A stretch of 58,169 bases of DNA, filler included, from Sluysia triapertura (taxonomy: Eukaryota), in the NCBI GenBank assembly GCA_046118255.1. It is 4 parts of 4 records of this genome, joined end to end, with 100 filler letters (N's around TTAATTAATTAA, not from the genome) between each part and the next. Parts side by side here need not be neighbours in the genome. Positions count along the whole stretch, not along the records: positions 25,610 to 43,105 come from JBJNIA010188387.1; 3 more parts are not named here. One strand, given 5' to 3'. Below the pieces are notes generated by a model. It was not told the origin of the DNA. It ran no database searches and worked only from the letters and a program-made list of their open reading frames with translations. Positions within the stretch are counted from its first letter, which is position 1, and each line of letters begins with the position of its first letter. Position numbers and translations under genes: made by a program. Positions 25,610-38,349 of this stretch are shown here, in pieces.

Positions 25610-28200
25610 AAAAAATCGACTGCTTACATCAAATCTTTACGAATCCAATTACCAATTTTGTTGTGCATAATTACAACAAGTAGTCAATATTATGGCATCA
25701 ATACGTTATGTAGTGAATGCACAAATATGTTTACAAGATTCATTGTGCAATTTCGAACAATTCGTAAAATAGTATCGCATCATCGTTCATCCGAATTATT
25801 GAAAATTCTGAAACGCATTCTAGCGGTTATACACAAAAAGATGGTACTAAGCTGTTTTGTATTGATTTTATGGAATTAAACAAAATTACTAGAAGAGATG
25901 TTTTTCCGTTATCAAGAATTGATGAGATATTAGATAAATTATGAAACGCAATTTTCTTTACTACATTAGATTTACACAGTGGTTAATGGCAGATGGAAAT
26001 AGCTGAAAAAGATAAACACTAAACTGCACTCACTTGTGGAGATGAATTATTCGAATGCGAAAATATGCCCTTCGCTTTAACAGGAGCATCGGCAACATTC
26101 CAACGCTATATGAATTTCGTTCTTTCGGGTTAGAAGAATGTAATGGTTTATATTGATGACATTATAATATTTTCAAAGGATTTTGATACACGTTGCCGAT
26201 ATAGAAAATATTTTAAGATTACAAGTTGCTGGATTAAAAATTAGACCTACTAAGTATGCATGGCAGAAGAACAATTAGAATTTTTAGGACATATTGTATC
26301 AAAGAATGGGATAAACCAAATCCACGGAATATTGAGAAAGTAGTTATATTTCCACAACCTAATAATGTTGGCAAGTACAGAGTTTTTTTAGGTTTAGCTT
26401 ATTACTACCGTAGATTTGTTATAGATTTTGCTAAAATTGCACATCCGTTAAGAATTTTAACTAAGAAAGATGTCGAATTTAAAATAGCGAGATACACAAA
26501 TTACAGCATGTAATAACTTTAAAAAAGTTAATAACTGCACCAATTTTATTTTTTCCTGACATTAATAAACCTTTTATTTTAACTACCGATGAAAGTAATT
26601 GCGCAATAGGCACAATACTAAGTCAAAAAGATAGAGAAAACTTAGAAGGAGTAAGAGCATACTCCAGTAGAAGACTGAACAAAGCAGAAAGGAATTACTT
26701 GACAATAGAAAGAGAGTGTTTAGCAATCGTGTAAGTTTGTAAATTATTTCGTCATTATTATTATGATAAAAAGTATTTCTGTACACTGACTATAAGCCAC
26801 TAACTTATTTATACAATCATAGAGATGAAGTAAGTCGATTAAATAGGTGGTTCATTAAGTTATCCGAATTTGATATGGATATAATCTAGAAACCTGGCAC
26901 TCTAAATAATAGTACAGATTGTATGTCTCGACTGACGAATGTTAATATAAATTTTATTGATATCACGAATATATCGGGTAAGGCTGAAGATCCTAAAGAA
27001 ATAATAAAACATCAACATGATGATGAAGAAATTTCACTCGCTTTAGAACAACTTACTAAAAGGCAACATCAGTCCTAAACTGGCTGAAAAACTAACAATA
27101 ACAAATGGAGTTTTAAGATTTAAGAATTCCAAAGATCAATGGAGAACTCTAATTCCAAAATCCTTAGTCACTCCACTTCTCATACAATTTCAAGATGGAC
27201 AATTAGGTGGTCATCTTTCCAATAGAAAAACACTGTCACGAATAAAGGATAAATATTTGGATGGTATGGAAGCAGATATAAAGAAATGGTATTACGACTG
27301 TGTTGTTTGTGTCAAAATAAAAAAATTGCAGGTGTTAAAGTAAAGGTGTTAAATGAATACCTGTACAATTATCGCCAATGTAATTGACGGCTATGGATAT
27401 AATTGGTCCGTTGCCAGAAACTTTAAAAGGAAATAAATATATTTTAGTTTTCGCGGATTATTTAACTAAATGGCCAAAGGCTTACCCGATGCCCAAGCAA
27501 AAGGCCGAAACTGTAACTCAGATATTAGTTGAGAAAATTATAATAGATATGGAGCTCCAATAAAATTATTAACAGACCAGGTAGAAATTTTAGAAGTGAA
27601 ATCAGTTGATAAAATTTTTAACATAATAAGAATTTATACATCTCTTTACCATCTGCAAAGTGACGGTCATGTCGAAAGATTTAATGGAACTTTAACTAAC
27701 ATGTTACAATCGTTTCTAAATGATAGACAAACCGATTGAGATCTATGCATTGCTCCATATTTGTTCGCCTATAGAAGTTCTGTACATCCTACTACCAACT
27801 TTACACCTTTTTATTTAATGGACGGTAGACATATAAATATGCCAGTGAGAACTACTAACTTCGCAATACTTAGAAATTCCCGATTATGCTACAGTAATGT
27901 GCAAAAATCTACAAATTGCATGGAAACATGCTGGTTTACAAATAAGATACTTTCAAGAATCATATAAAGAAAGCTAAGGAGCATAATTTTAAAATAGGAG
28001 ATAAAGTTTTAATAGGTCACTCTCCTAAGCTTCACAAACCTTTTAAAGGACCATACGAAGTTGTCAAAACTACTTCAACTAATTTATATACTAAGGACCC
28101 TAACAAGATCTACTCGGAAACATTCGGTGTACATGTTAATCGATGTAAGTTAGCACCAAATAATGAATATAATTTAAGAAATAGGATTATTAATAAGACT
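25610..28200 (+). mobile_element. pol: Ty3/gypsy pol pseudogene: RT - RNase H - integrase - GPY/F
   Basis: FPLSRIDEILD, LDLHSG*WQ, MPFALTGASATFQR, VYIDDIIIFS, FLGLAYYYRRFV, AERNYLTIERECLAIV, GGH..KT, MDIIGPLP, DYLTKW, SDGHVERFN, KGPYEV; many stops and frameshifts. Confidence 0.97.
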
Positions 28201-28339
28201 GTGTTGAAAGTAATACCTAAGAAAAAAGATAGACAAGCCACATGTTATTCATTCATCAGTTGATAAGAAAATAATAATGATGTTAAATTCTTCACTGAAT
28301 TTAAATTTAATTTATCATATAACACGAAGCGTCCAGATA

Positions 28340-28866
28340 AATCGAAGATGGATTTGAGCTGTTTTTGATACTGGCGCGAGTAACTTATCGTTAATTACAA
28401 TATGTTAACTAATTTAGAAATTTTTATGATGCATCAACCAGCACTAACTTTCTGTAATGTCAACAATACTCCCTTTGACATAAATGGGTTATTACAATGT
28501 CAAATTACGATTTTAGATACGAATGTTTGTGCTCCAATACTAGTATGAGATAAATGTCCTTATGAAATAATTAATGGTTTATATGTAATCAAACATTTAT
28601 ATATAGTAATTCATAGAAGACGCGGATTTGTGGAAATACCAGTAGACTCACGCATAATTTTAGCGCAAGTGTTTCTCCCATCTATAGACGTTCAACCAAA
28701 TCCAACACAACAAGTGGTAGTACATGATTTTATAGCACCACATCACACGCATTTACCAGGTGTTCCTACACCAGACTTTATGGGGGATGAAGATGATTTT
28801 AATATTTTGTTGTTAATTATGAAAGAGCGTTGTATGATATACAATGAGTTTGAGGGCGTTAAATAA
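28340..28866 (+). pseudogene. Retropepsin-like aspartic protease ORF located downstream of integrase
   Basis: AVFDTGASNLSLI at 28358, then after a frameshift NVNNTPFDINGLLQCQITIL...ILV*DKCPYEIINGLYVIKHL (flap-like and ILG-like motifs); continues into ORF 28630-28866. Confidence 0.65.
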
Positions 28867-29360
28867 AAAAATGAAGAGAGATACAAACTGATTTTAAACC
28901 TTGAAAACTTATACTCGTTTTTGTTATTAAAATGTAACCACGTCTTATAAATCAAGATATGACATTTATGAATTACTTTGTGATACATTAAAGACATGAT
29001 TATCTTAAAAACATGCGTGTTTAAAATTGTAATTTCCGTTTATTCGTTCACATTGATTAAACTTCAATTTATTAATAGGTATTTTCGACAGTTTTTGACC
29101 AATCATATTTTAATACATAAATTTATTTTTATTTTTATAATTTTAATTTTATAATATTAATTCAAGAAAAATAATAATTTCAAAAATAAAAATTTAGTTT
29201 AACAATCATAATATTTTAATAAAATTATAAAATATTACTAATTTAAAAAAATTTTTAAATTTTATAAAATAAGTTCAATCAACAATTTAAAGTTTTCTTT
29301 ATTTTTTTTAAATTTTCTTTACATTCTTTTACATTTTTTACTACTTTTTATCTTTAAAAA

Positions 29361-29429
29361 GTAGTCGCTCTTTGGTAGAGCATTCGAACTGCATACATAA
29401 TGTCCCGGGTTCGATCTCCGGTCAGTCCA
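29361..29429 (+). tRNA. tRNA-Cys(GCA)-like pseudogene or SINE head
   Basis: tggtagagcattcga (A box), ctgca anticodon region, gtcccgggttcgatc (B box), then TTTT; acceptor stem does not pair. Confidence 0.65.
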
Positions 29430-30039
29430 TTTTATGAAGTCTAACAATAATATAAATATACATTTATTACAAAAATTGGATCTTTATAAAAATGATTATT
29501 TCTAACAAATGTTTTAAATTCTTTTCCATGTGGTGGCCCAACCTAATATCTTAAAATTTTAACTTAACAATACACATAATAACCAATATTCAATAATTAA
29601 TTCCTTTTATGATTCTGTAAAATTGTCAATATTTTCAAACATGTTACATTCAAAAGTTTATTACATTAAAATCTTATTCGACATCGAAAATCATCAAACG
29701 TACAAACTTTACTTAATCCAAAACATTTCAAGTTCACAATTCTCCACCACTCAATCATTAATATCATTGAAAAACAGTAAATTCACACCTCAAAATCATT
29801 TTTAACATTTCAATCAAAACAGAATTTCTTTTAATATCTATAACTGCGTGTCATTATTCTTTTACTTCTTCATAGGCTATTAAAAGATAATCAGACATAA
29901 TTAAAAGAATTCTATTTAAGAAAATTTTATTAGAAAGAAAAGAATCTGATTTATAAGAAGAAAGATTTATGCGTTTTAGTATAACTACCTCATTTATTCA
30001 TTTGTCACTTATTATCATTATCATTTTTATTTCTTGTAT

Positions 30040-30430
30040 ATTCAAAGGATTGTGTAAGAATTAAAAGGGAATAAAAAACTTTATGTATTATTTTTATTTT
30101 TCATTATTATTATTATTATCAACATTTTATTTCATTATCAATATCATTATCATTATTTTTATCATTTTTAGTTACACCATATGTTATGATAACTATTTAA
30201 CTATATTCAAAATAGATTTGTCTGCCACCATTTAATTACTAATTAATGAATTTTATAAACTTTATGGTGACATGCATACATTTGTACGTTGCTTTTACAC
30301 ACGACATTTTGATTGGCCATCAAATAATTTCTATTTTTGTTATATTTACATTGGATGCCCAACCATACCTAATTACACAAAACAATTAGTAGTTTAAAAA
30401 GCAGAAACACAAAAAGCAGACAAAAATTCA
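30040..30430 (+). promoter_or_regulatory. Left promoter cassette of element B
   Basis: aaaggattgtgtaag..ttatgtatt, (TAT)n, tctgccacc..ggtgacatg, tgattgg (30310), ttggatgcccaacc, aaaaagcaga x2. Confidence 0.65.
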
Positions 30431-30499
30431 TACATAAACAAGCCAATATAATTTACCAGACATACAGACGCATGCAGTGTAAAATTTTATTTCAAATGT

Positions 30500-31667
30500 A
30501 ATAAGTATAATTAGGACAATGCAAGAATTAGTTTAATGTAATTTTCAATAAACTAATTATATCAGTCTAATTTTAAAACAAATAATTATGTTGTTTCACA
30601 AATAATAAAAATTTTTGTAAAACAACATCGTCAAAAATTGAATTTTCATAGTGGATTTAAAAGTTAATTTCAAGAAAAATTATTTTTATTTTAAAAATGA
30701 ATTGGATATATTGTACATGTAGGTATAAAATTTCTCTCTCGATGAAAAACTGTAAAGCTTATTCAACTAATAAATCAATGTTAAATGTACAAGAAGTTAC
30801 CGTTCTAGCTCATCCTTGTTTTTGTATTAACGATGAAGTTGCTAATTTTAATTCTAAATTGATATCCCCTTTTGGGCATTTCCTAAGTATAAAAATAGGA
30901 GTACATCTAATGATTATATTTGTGATGGTAATGTGCACATGAAAAAGCAATGTTCTACGACAAACGACGTTGTGCAAGTTGCATGCATTTTGAGTATTCT
31001 TTCGATCATTTACACCCTATTAGAAGTTGTAAAAGTTTTGTGATGAATAAAGTGCACAATATAAAATCTGACGATATGAAAAATCAATGTATTTAAGAGT
31101 GAATTTTTCAAGAATAATGCTAACGAAAATAAATACCACAAGGCAGCACTTTTCTTATACCAATTAACAGAAACAGGTGAATGTTCCAGATATGTTAGAA
31201 ATTGAAAGTATTCTCATGGATCTTTCAAATTACAATGTGCTATTTATTGCACGTCAAATGCTAGTGACCACCATAAAAGAATACGAATCTTATTATCAAG
31301 TTCAGGAATCAGATCATACTTAGAAAAACCATCCAGAAAGGACGTTATAATTATCAATGATCATCAAATTAGCAATTCATCCGGTCATGTAATTCATGAC
31401 ATACCAGAAGTAATTAATTACTTATCTTTGTTTTTTCTTGATCATGACTATTTTATATGTTCAATTTTACTTAGAAAATTTTATGAATTTATCTGTGACA
31501 TTTTCAGAAAAATTAAGACAATTTCAACAATTTGTAAAAAATTCAAATTTCACAAAGTTTTAATTAATATATTTATAGAGAAATGTTGTGTTTGTGGTTT
31601 TGTTAAATCAAAATGGTTAAGAGTTGTAACATATTTTGAGCGTTTAGATCGATTTGGAGAAAAATAG
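30500..31667 (+). pseudogene. Left cargo gene of element B, Cys-containing, disrupted
   Basis: ORF pieces 30697-30942 and 31428-31667 with coding-like sequence between them, directly downstream of the cassette. Confidence 0.45.
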
Positions 31668-32480
31668 TGTTGATGCTGTGCGAGTTTTTGAATGGACCGA
31701 TTACTTATTAGATGGCCTATGAAGAATTGTTTAGGCGTTGAGGCGTAATGTTGCATGTGTTTACTAAAGATCGAAGTGTTCAAGGATCTTACTTCGTTTA
31801 GCGGATTTTTAACCCGACTTTCAATGGCTATTACGTCATTAATAATTTTAACCTCTGTGTCGTCCTCAAGTAATTTAACTATCTGCATTCGGTACTTGAT
31901 TCGATGAGGAGTTTTATTTAACCTATATTCACTATCTAACTTGGTGCTATTTTTATTTATGTTATTATCAGAATAAGGTGAATTTACTATTGCTGCGTTT
32001 ATTTTACAATTTAAAGCTAAGTTGTAATAATAAAACTGTTTATCAGAAACATTTATTAAGACTTTATTACTATTTAAAGTTAAGTTATAATAATAAAAGC
32101 GTTTATTTGAAACATTTATTAAGACTTTATTAATATTTATGAAACACAAAATATCGACAGGACTCCGGCTCAACTGTATCTGCTTCTCCACGAACCCGAG
32201 CATGTTGCATATAGATCTGTAAATAAAATAATAAAAGACACAATATATAACATGGTTAGAATAAGTAGTAATATCGAAATTGATAGTTATATAACAAAAG
32301 TTAAATTCGTTACCTCGTTTAATGCTGCTTGTATGGACTGCGTCAACTGTGTTGCATTTATTTCGGTTTGGTCTGGTTACACATGCTAAATACATTACAT
32401 CGATTGGCCGCTGCTTCTGAGAGATTGGGTAGAAAAGTTTTGCGTCCAATAGGAGATAATGGAAAAAGAAGAGTAACTGA
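31550..32480 (-). CDS. Inner minus-strand cargo gene of element B with an in-frame 21-aa duplication
   Basis: 346-codon open frame whose N-terminal part is low-complexity; NKVLINVS.K.FYYYNL.LN occurs twice. Confidence 0.55.
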
Positions 32481-33559
32481 ATTGAGATATTCTTGTGCTT
32501 CAGTTTGGATATCGTTATAATTATAATAATAATTATTTGGTTATTATTATTACTTACGATTTTATGACAATATGATTTACAATTAAACACTTATTTGTGA
32601 TAGTTAATGATTTGTAATTTTGTGATATCGAATATGTAATTTTAGTTAAATTTTATTTCCACTTTTTGCTTTAATTTTGAGATGCATAATTAAGATTTTT
32701 ATAAAGAAGAAACAATATTAAAGTCAAAATATGGAATATTGCTAAGTATTTTTTTTAAATAAAAAAATAATTTTTAAATAAAATTATGTTTACGAATTAC
32801 ATCGATTCAAAATACTTCAATTAATTTTTCATAGTATTTTGAAAAAATGAAATTAAAAATTTATTAACTTTGATATATTTTATTAATTATGTGCATTAAA
32901 TGTATATTTAACAATAAATAAATCAATGACGATTAAAACACTTGCGGCATAAAGTTAATGTGCGCTTGATACTTTTTGTTAAAATTTAAATCAATAATGA
33001 TTTTATTCGTATTTTTGAAATTATGGCAATTCGGGAGTTTATAAAAAATATTAAACTTATACAACTTAGGTTTGATCAAGACCAAAAAAGTATTTCACAT
33101 TTAATTATAAATTCTAATTTTTGGGATATATGATACGGTCAAAAAATACATAATATTAAAAAAATATTTAATTAATTTTAAATTCTGATGTTTAATTCAT
33201 TAAAAATACCTCCAAATGATCCTTACTGAATTTGTTAAGTATTTTTAATATTTGAAGTATTAAATAAGGACTTATAATAATAATCCCATTATAACAATTT
33301 ATTTTTATTATGGCCAATTACACTATAAATTAGATTTTAAGTTTGTAAAGTGGTAGCATTATTGATTATTAATTCAACATTAATGTAATTTTTATTAACA
33401 TTACTAGGTCTAAATTTTTTTAAACCTTTACAAATATTATTTTTAAAATAATTATCCCGTTTTATGATTAAAATTTTATAAAAACTCAGAAAAAAGAAAT
33501 TAACAAATATAAATTTATTACTTTTTATTACAACGAAAAATTAAACTTTAATGTTATAT

Positions 33560-34470
33560 CGTTATACTTGTTATTGAGCCTTGACCTTGGTTGATTATCT
33601 AAAATAAAATGAACACTTAGATAATAGTTAGAATAAACAAAAAAATAATTACATTACGATGCTTGACGAACGGATAGTCAATTGTTCTAGTAGAAGATAC
33701 ATAATGTGTCCGACAAAACTTTGAACAGTGTAATAAAGTTGAATCGTTGTCACAACAATTATTGTCATTGTGAAGGTACTGTAAAGCTTGTAAAATTGGC
33801 GCCATTAATTTTAGATCTTTGAACAGTACACAATCCACCCATTTAATATTGTTTCTAAAAAATTAATTTTCAATAATCTAAGAACAGCTGTTGCTTTGCG
33901 CTTAAATACTTTTCGCATTATTTCTTCATACATATTATATAATTCACTAGTTCTGAAATCATCATCTTTATTAATATTCATTTGAATTAATGTATTATCA
34001 CTTCTTTCCTCTCTAAACATATTTTCTACAAATAATCTAGAATCGAAAATTATAAAATATCTCGTTAAAACGATTGTTATTAGTAACCGAGCTTGATCTT
34101 TGATAAATAATAAATAATTTCTATATATATCAATTAGATACGATGATTCAAAACTATTAATTTGAAACCATTTTCTTATCCATTCTAAAACTGGAACTAT
34201 ATATTTCGAATTGCATATAGGAGTTGGATAACGTCGTTCCGTACTATTAAAAATGACATATTTGAATTCGTTATTGTCAGTTGATACTAAATAAAACTTC
34301 AATAGAATATCATAGTGTGTTTCACATAACCTTTTAATTTCATTTACTAATTGACAAAATGATACAATTAATTCGATTTTTTAATTAAGTCTGGAATTAT
34401 ACTTTAATTTTTTATCCATTTAATTTTGCGTTAGTTAATCCAATTCTTTCACAATCTTCTTAAGAGCATT
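33560..34470 (-). pseudogene. Right cargo gene of element B, disrupted, with a probable small last exon
   Basis: ATG near 34469, ORFs 33811-34302 and 33617-33838, intron-like gtaatt...ttttag at ~33655-33598. Confidence 0.5.
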
Positions 34471-34554
34471 TTTCCGTTTTTGTATCAATACTATGTAAAA
34501 ATTGAATTGAATAGCTGTACAATTATTGAGTCACCAAAATTTCACACACTTACT

Positions 34555-34840
34555 TTTATTTATTTATAAGATGACCATTGATTGGTCGACTAATATTGGT
34601 AATAAAAATTTAGTGTAAAACAAAATTGATTGAGTGAAGAGCCATCATCGGTATTGACAGAAATGTATTTACAATGATGATAATAATAATAATAAGGTAC
34701 AATTTTTATAATTGAATAAAATTATAAAATTTAATGTTACTAATAACAACAATAATGTTGCTGTTATTATTAACACTAATTAAATGCAAAATACATAAAT
34801 TCCTTGTACATTCCACAAGAACTTTCTTTCTTTTTCTTTA
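34555..34840 (-). promoter_or_regulatory. Right promoter cassette of element B
   Basis: On the minus strand: aaagag..gtggaatg..tttatgtattttgca, (AAT/TAT)n, tgtcaataccgatgatggc, accaat..gaccaatcaatgg, ttataaata. Confidence 0.6.
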
Positions 34841-36899
34841 ATTTCTAACACATTTTGAATAAATTAAAGTAAATAATGATAGAATTGAGTATAACAACAA
34901 AATGTTATTATAAATGCATAATTTCTTGTATTTTTGAACATGATCTTGCTTTTGATACTTTATTAATTCTTAACATATTTTAAATCTAATTGAAGTAAAA
35001 AATGATAAATTTGAATGCAGTAACAACAATAATAAGATACACGATGTTATAGTTATTGTAGTTATTGCATTGCATAAACATGAATTCTTTAAAACTGTAC
35101 ACGAACTTCCTTTGAATCGTTAGAATTCTAAATATATTGTAATGAGCTTAAATATATTTGAAGCTAAAATCTTTCGACAAGGATTAGTTTACATGAATTT
35201 ATATGTTTGATTAACGTTTCGAGGTATGTTAATAGTTTTATGTCGTTTAGTGAAACAGAGAATGTTAGAATAGATTTTTAAATGGTGGTTTAAGTTCTTG
35301 ATTGAGGACGACACTTGATTATTGGAAAATCGTGAATTAAAGACCTATTAAGAAAAGTTTGGTTTAATAAATGTGAAAAGGTAAATTATAGAACAACTCC
35401 TATTATATTTGGAAGGTTATTGTGCATTATTATACGTGATTTGTTTTCTTGTTGCTTTAAATGTTATTATCTTTTGTGTTGTTAGTGGTTATGTAATGAT
35501 AAATGATGGATTTAAGGTGTTGTAATTGATTCGAAGGTATGGAATGGGTAATTTCGAATATAGTTGTTGTTTGGTTGTTATGAATGTAGAGTAACATGTT
35601 TTAGGTGGATTTGTTGGTGTAAATTGGTAATATTGGGTGTAATTGTGATTTGTATGTTGTGGAATTGTGAGTATGAATTGATTTTAGTAGGTAAACTGTT
35701 TTGTAAGTATATAGGAGATAGATGTATGAATGTTAGAGTGTTAAAAAAATATATATTAATTTTTAATAAAATTTTTATGGTTGTGAATGTTGGCCACGAC
35801 AAAGATCCAAAAGGAATTTATTCGGCTTGGTGATGTGGCAGAAATGTTTTTAAAATGCTTCAACTGATTTAATTTTTCATATTTTGTATTTCAGAGAAAG
35901 TTTTTTATTCAGTTATGTACTGTGTTGTACGATGTTTACATTTATATCCCACATTTTCATTCGTTAAATTTTAAAACAGGATTCAAAATTAATTTGTGTC
36001 TGTTTTTTATCCAATTTAAGATTTTAGAACGAAGATTTCAAGCCGAAATTAAAAAAGATGATGTGGTTTGTACAAAAAGATTTTTGTTTTACTCAATCAG
36101 TTGAATCAATATATTTCAATATTTTTCAAATTTCGAATATATCATCACGTTTCGTTTGTAGTTCAGATCACAAAATTTAGAAGTAGATAAGCATATTATC
36201 ACGCTACATTCAGAGTCAGATATCAGTAATTCACCAAGGAATAAGCAATGTGAATCAGAGTAGTTGCCATTATCAGAGAAGTCACAAAGATAGCCAAAAT
36301 TATCAATGATTTAAAAATCGACATGATAGCCATTTCTTGTCGTGAACTCACTTTTCGTCAGTGATCAAGCACTTGATAAAGTAACACAAAATTTAGTAAA
36401 GCCTTATAAACGAGCTGCAACGCTTAAAAACAAAAAATTCCAAATTGAGTCAAGGTGGCACCTAAGTTATCATCATATTTTTAATCAGAACAGTCACAGA
36501 TTTTAGTTCTTTTTGAAAATTTTTAAAATACTAAATTTAAATGTGTTGTGTGAAAGTAGACGATATTCAGAACTAAGTCGAACTGAGTATAAAACTCGAC
36601 ATTGTAGGTTCATTCTCTAAATCGTCAGACGTACTCACCATATGCCCACTATGGTGTGTTCCACACCGGTTCAAGATGACTCGTATTCAAGATTGTTTAT
36701 GTAATGGGTTACTCTCCATTCGTGGGATAGTGGGATAGTAATGGGTTAACCCGACCTATTACCATTATATATAGTGATGTTGGGTTTGTCTAGTTCGTGA
36801 ATATAAAAAGGTTATAAGGTTAGAGAATTAAAATATGTAAGAAAAAGTGATAAAAATATGTGAAACATGGAAATATGAATATAATTAAATATTGCTGAA

Positions 36900-38045
36900 G
36901 CAAGAATGATGAAGAAGGAAATGTTTATAGTCATTTGGAAATCGAATAATATCTTGGAGTTCCAAAGACTTGTGGGATATTAAGACCATTACAAGGGATT
37001 AGGAAGGGTTTGGTAAGATGTTTTAAAATATGGAAATACCTGGGAACTTCTGAGACCTTGATCTTTTGGAACATTTGAAGACCTTCGAGTAACTTTGTAA
37101 AACACCCATGGGCTTTTGAGATATTCAAGTAACTTTGTAAAATGTTTGAAATCTTTAAAATGTCCAACAATTAAAATTATGGTTAATAATAAATTTGATA
37201 CATTAAAAAAGAACGTTAAAAAGTAGAAAAAGAATCAGATATCTGAAGGTGAAGCCCTGCATATCTTATAAAGTATCTAAAACTTTATAACCATAGTAAA
37301 ACCGTTAAACATAAAATTAAGTTAAATTAAAATAATTAGTTAACTTAATTAAGAAAAATTACATTTGTATGAATAACTTTTGAATGCGAAATGCTATTTT
37401 AAAAATGTTACTGTGTACGTATTTGTTTTAAAGAGGTCTTCCGATGAAGATAAGATTTGGCAGAATTCATGCGAGAAAATCTTCTCTATTGAACAAAGTT
37501 GAATTTTAATTAAGTTTCAGTTTAAAATATTGAATTTTTTTATTTAAAATGATGAAAAGAAAATGAATTGAATATGAAATGATTGCTATGAAAGAGAAGA
37601 ATCCAAAAATGAGATTGAAATATTTGTAAAATTGTTTGTTTGGGAATGAGAACTTTAAACATTTTCCATTAGAAAATTGAGTGATAGGAATTGAAAATTA
37701 ATTGAAGTCTAAAAACTAAAGTTAAATTCATCATTTTTGAATATGTTGATAATAATAATTGTTATCTTCTAACAATAAATCAAGTAAAGTAGAAGAAAAT
37801 AAAGGTCGGCTGTTAATAGAACATTTATGTTCCGTTTGACAAGTCATACCATGTAATTTTCAAAATTGTTAGGGTCGTTCTAATCTTTAAAAGATGTTCT
37901 GATGATTTGTTTAGAAATATTTTTGATTGAGTTTGGGTATGATTGATTAACACAAAAGTATGAAAGGAAACACTTAAAGAATTTTATCACAACAACAAAC
38001 CAAATGACATTATTCGGAAAGAAAATCCATGCTTGGGTAATGCTT
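36900..38045 (-). pseudogene. Family 'X' (copy 3) with short-period repeat tail
   Basis: Colinear with 9000-9480 and with the reverse complement of 16485-17090; the tail also resembles 47300-47430. Confidence 0.6.
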
Positions 38046-38071
38046 TTAATTTTATTTTTAAGTTTTAAATA

Positions 38072-38262
38072 CAGTGGACGCTCTATATAAGCAACTCCTG
38101 TGAACCAGTTTTTATAATCATTAAATATTGAATTATAAAAACAATTATTATACTATTTTTAAATTTATTAGCCATTGTCATATGAGTTTTTTCCTAAAAA
38201 GTATAAACCTAAGTCAACAATCTCTATTCAAAAATTAAGTTGCTTATATAGAGCGTTCACTG
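38072..38262. mobile_element. Tc1/mariner-pogo-type MITE, 191 bp
   Basis: TIR CAGTGGACGCTCTATATAAGCAACT / AGTTGCTTATATAGAGCGTTCACTG (24/25), TA on both sides. Confidence 0.93.
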
Positions 38263-38349
38263 TATATTCTAACAGTTACACAAAACATTCATTTTATTTC
38301 AAAATATTAACTTGTAAGGCTTTTATTCTTTATTAGTTTTAACTTTAAT

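Larger units (their letters stand above)
29529..35801. mobile_element. Cargo element B with TGT...ACA inverted termini, 6273 bp, no assembly gap
   Basis: Left end TGTGGTGGCCCAAC; right end reverse complement TGTCGTGGCCAAC; G-poor spacer and promoter cassette at each end; genes point inward from both ends; no TSD evident. Confidence 0.75.

Noticed and set aside
29529-35801. Element B as an endogenous ambisense densovirus, bidnavirus or Polinton
   Set aside because: Size and convergent layout fit, but I find no HUH/SF3 helicase, PLA2/capsid, pPolB or packaging-ATPase motifs. The termini are TGT rather than Polinton AG-type, with no 6-bp TSD.
35564-35833. ORFs in the G/T-rich spacer and in (AAT)n tracts (also 29623-29805, 57859-58092, 46007-46192, 41250-41471)
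   Set aside because: Products of compositional bias; they overlap terminal spacers, microsatellites or the antisense of real frames.
35830-36770. Possible piggyBac remnant (gtaatgggttaa end near 36740-36749)
   Set aside because: No matching second terminus or catalytic motif found.
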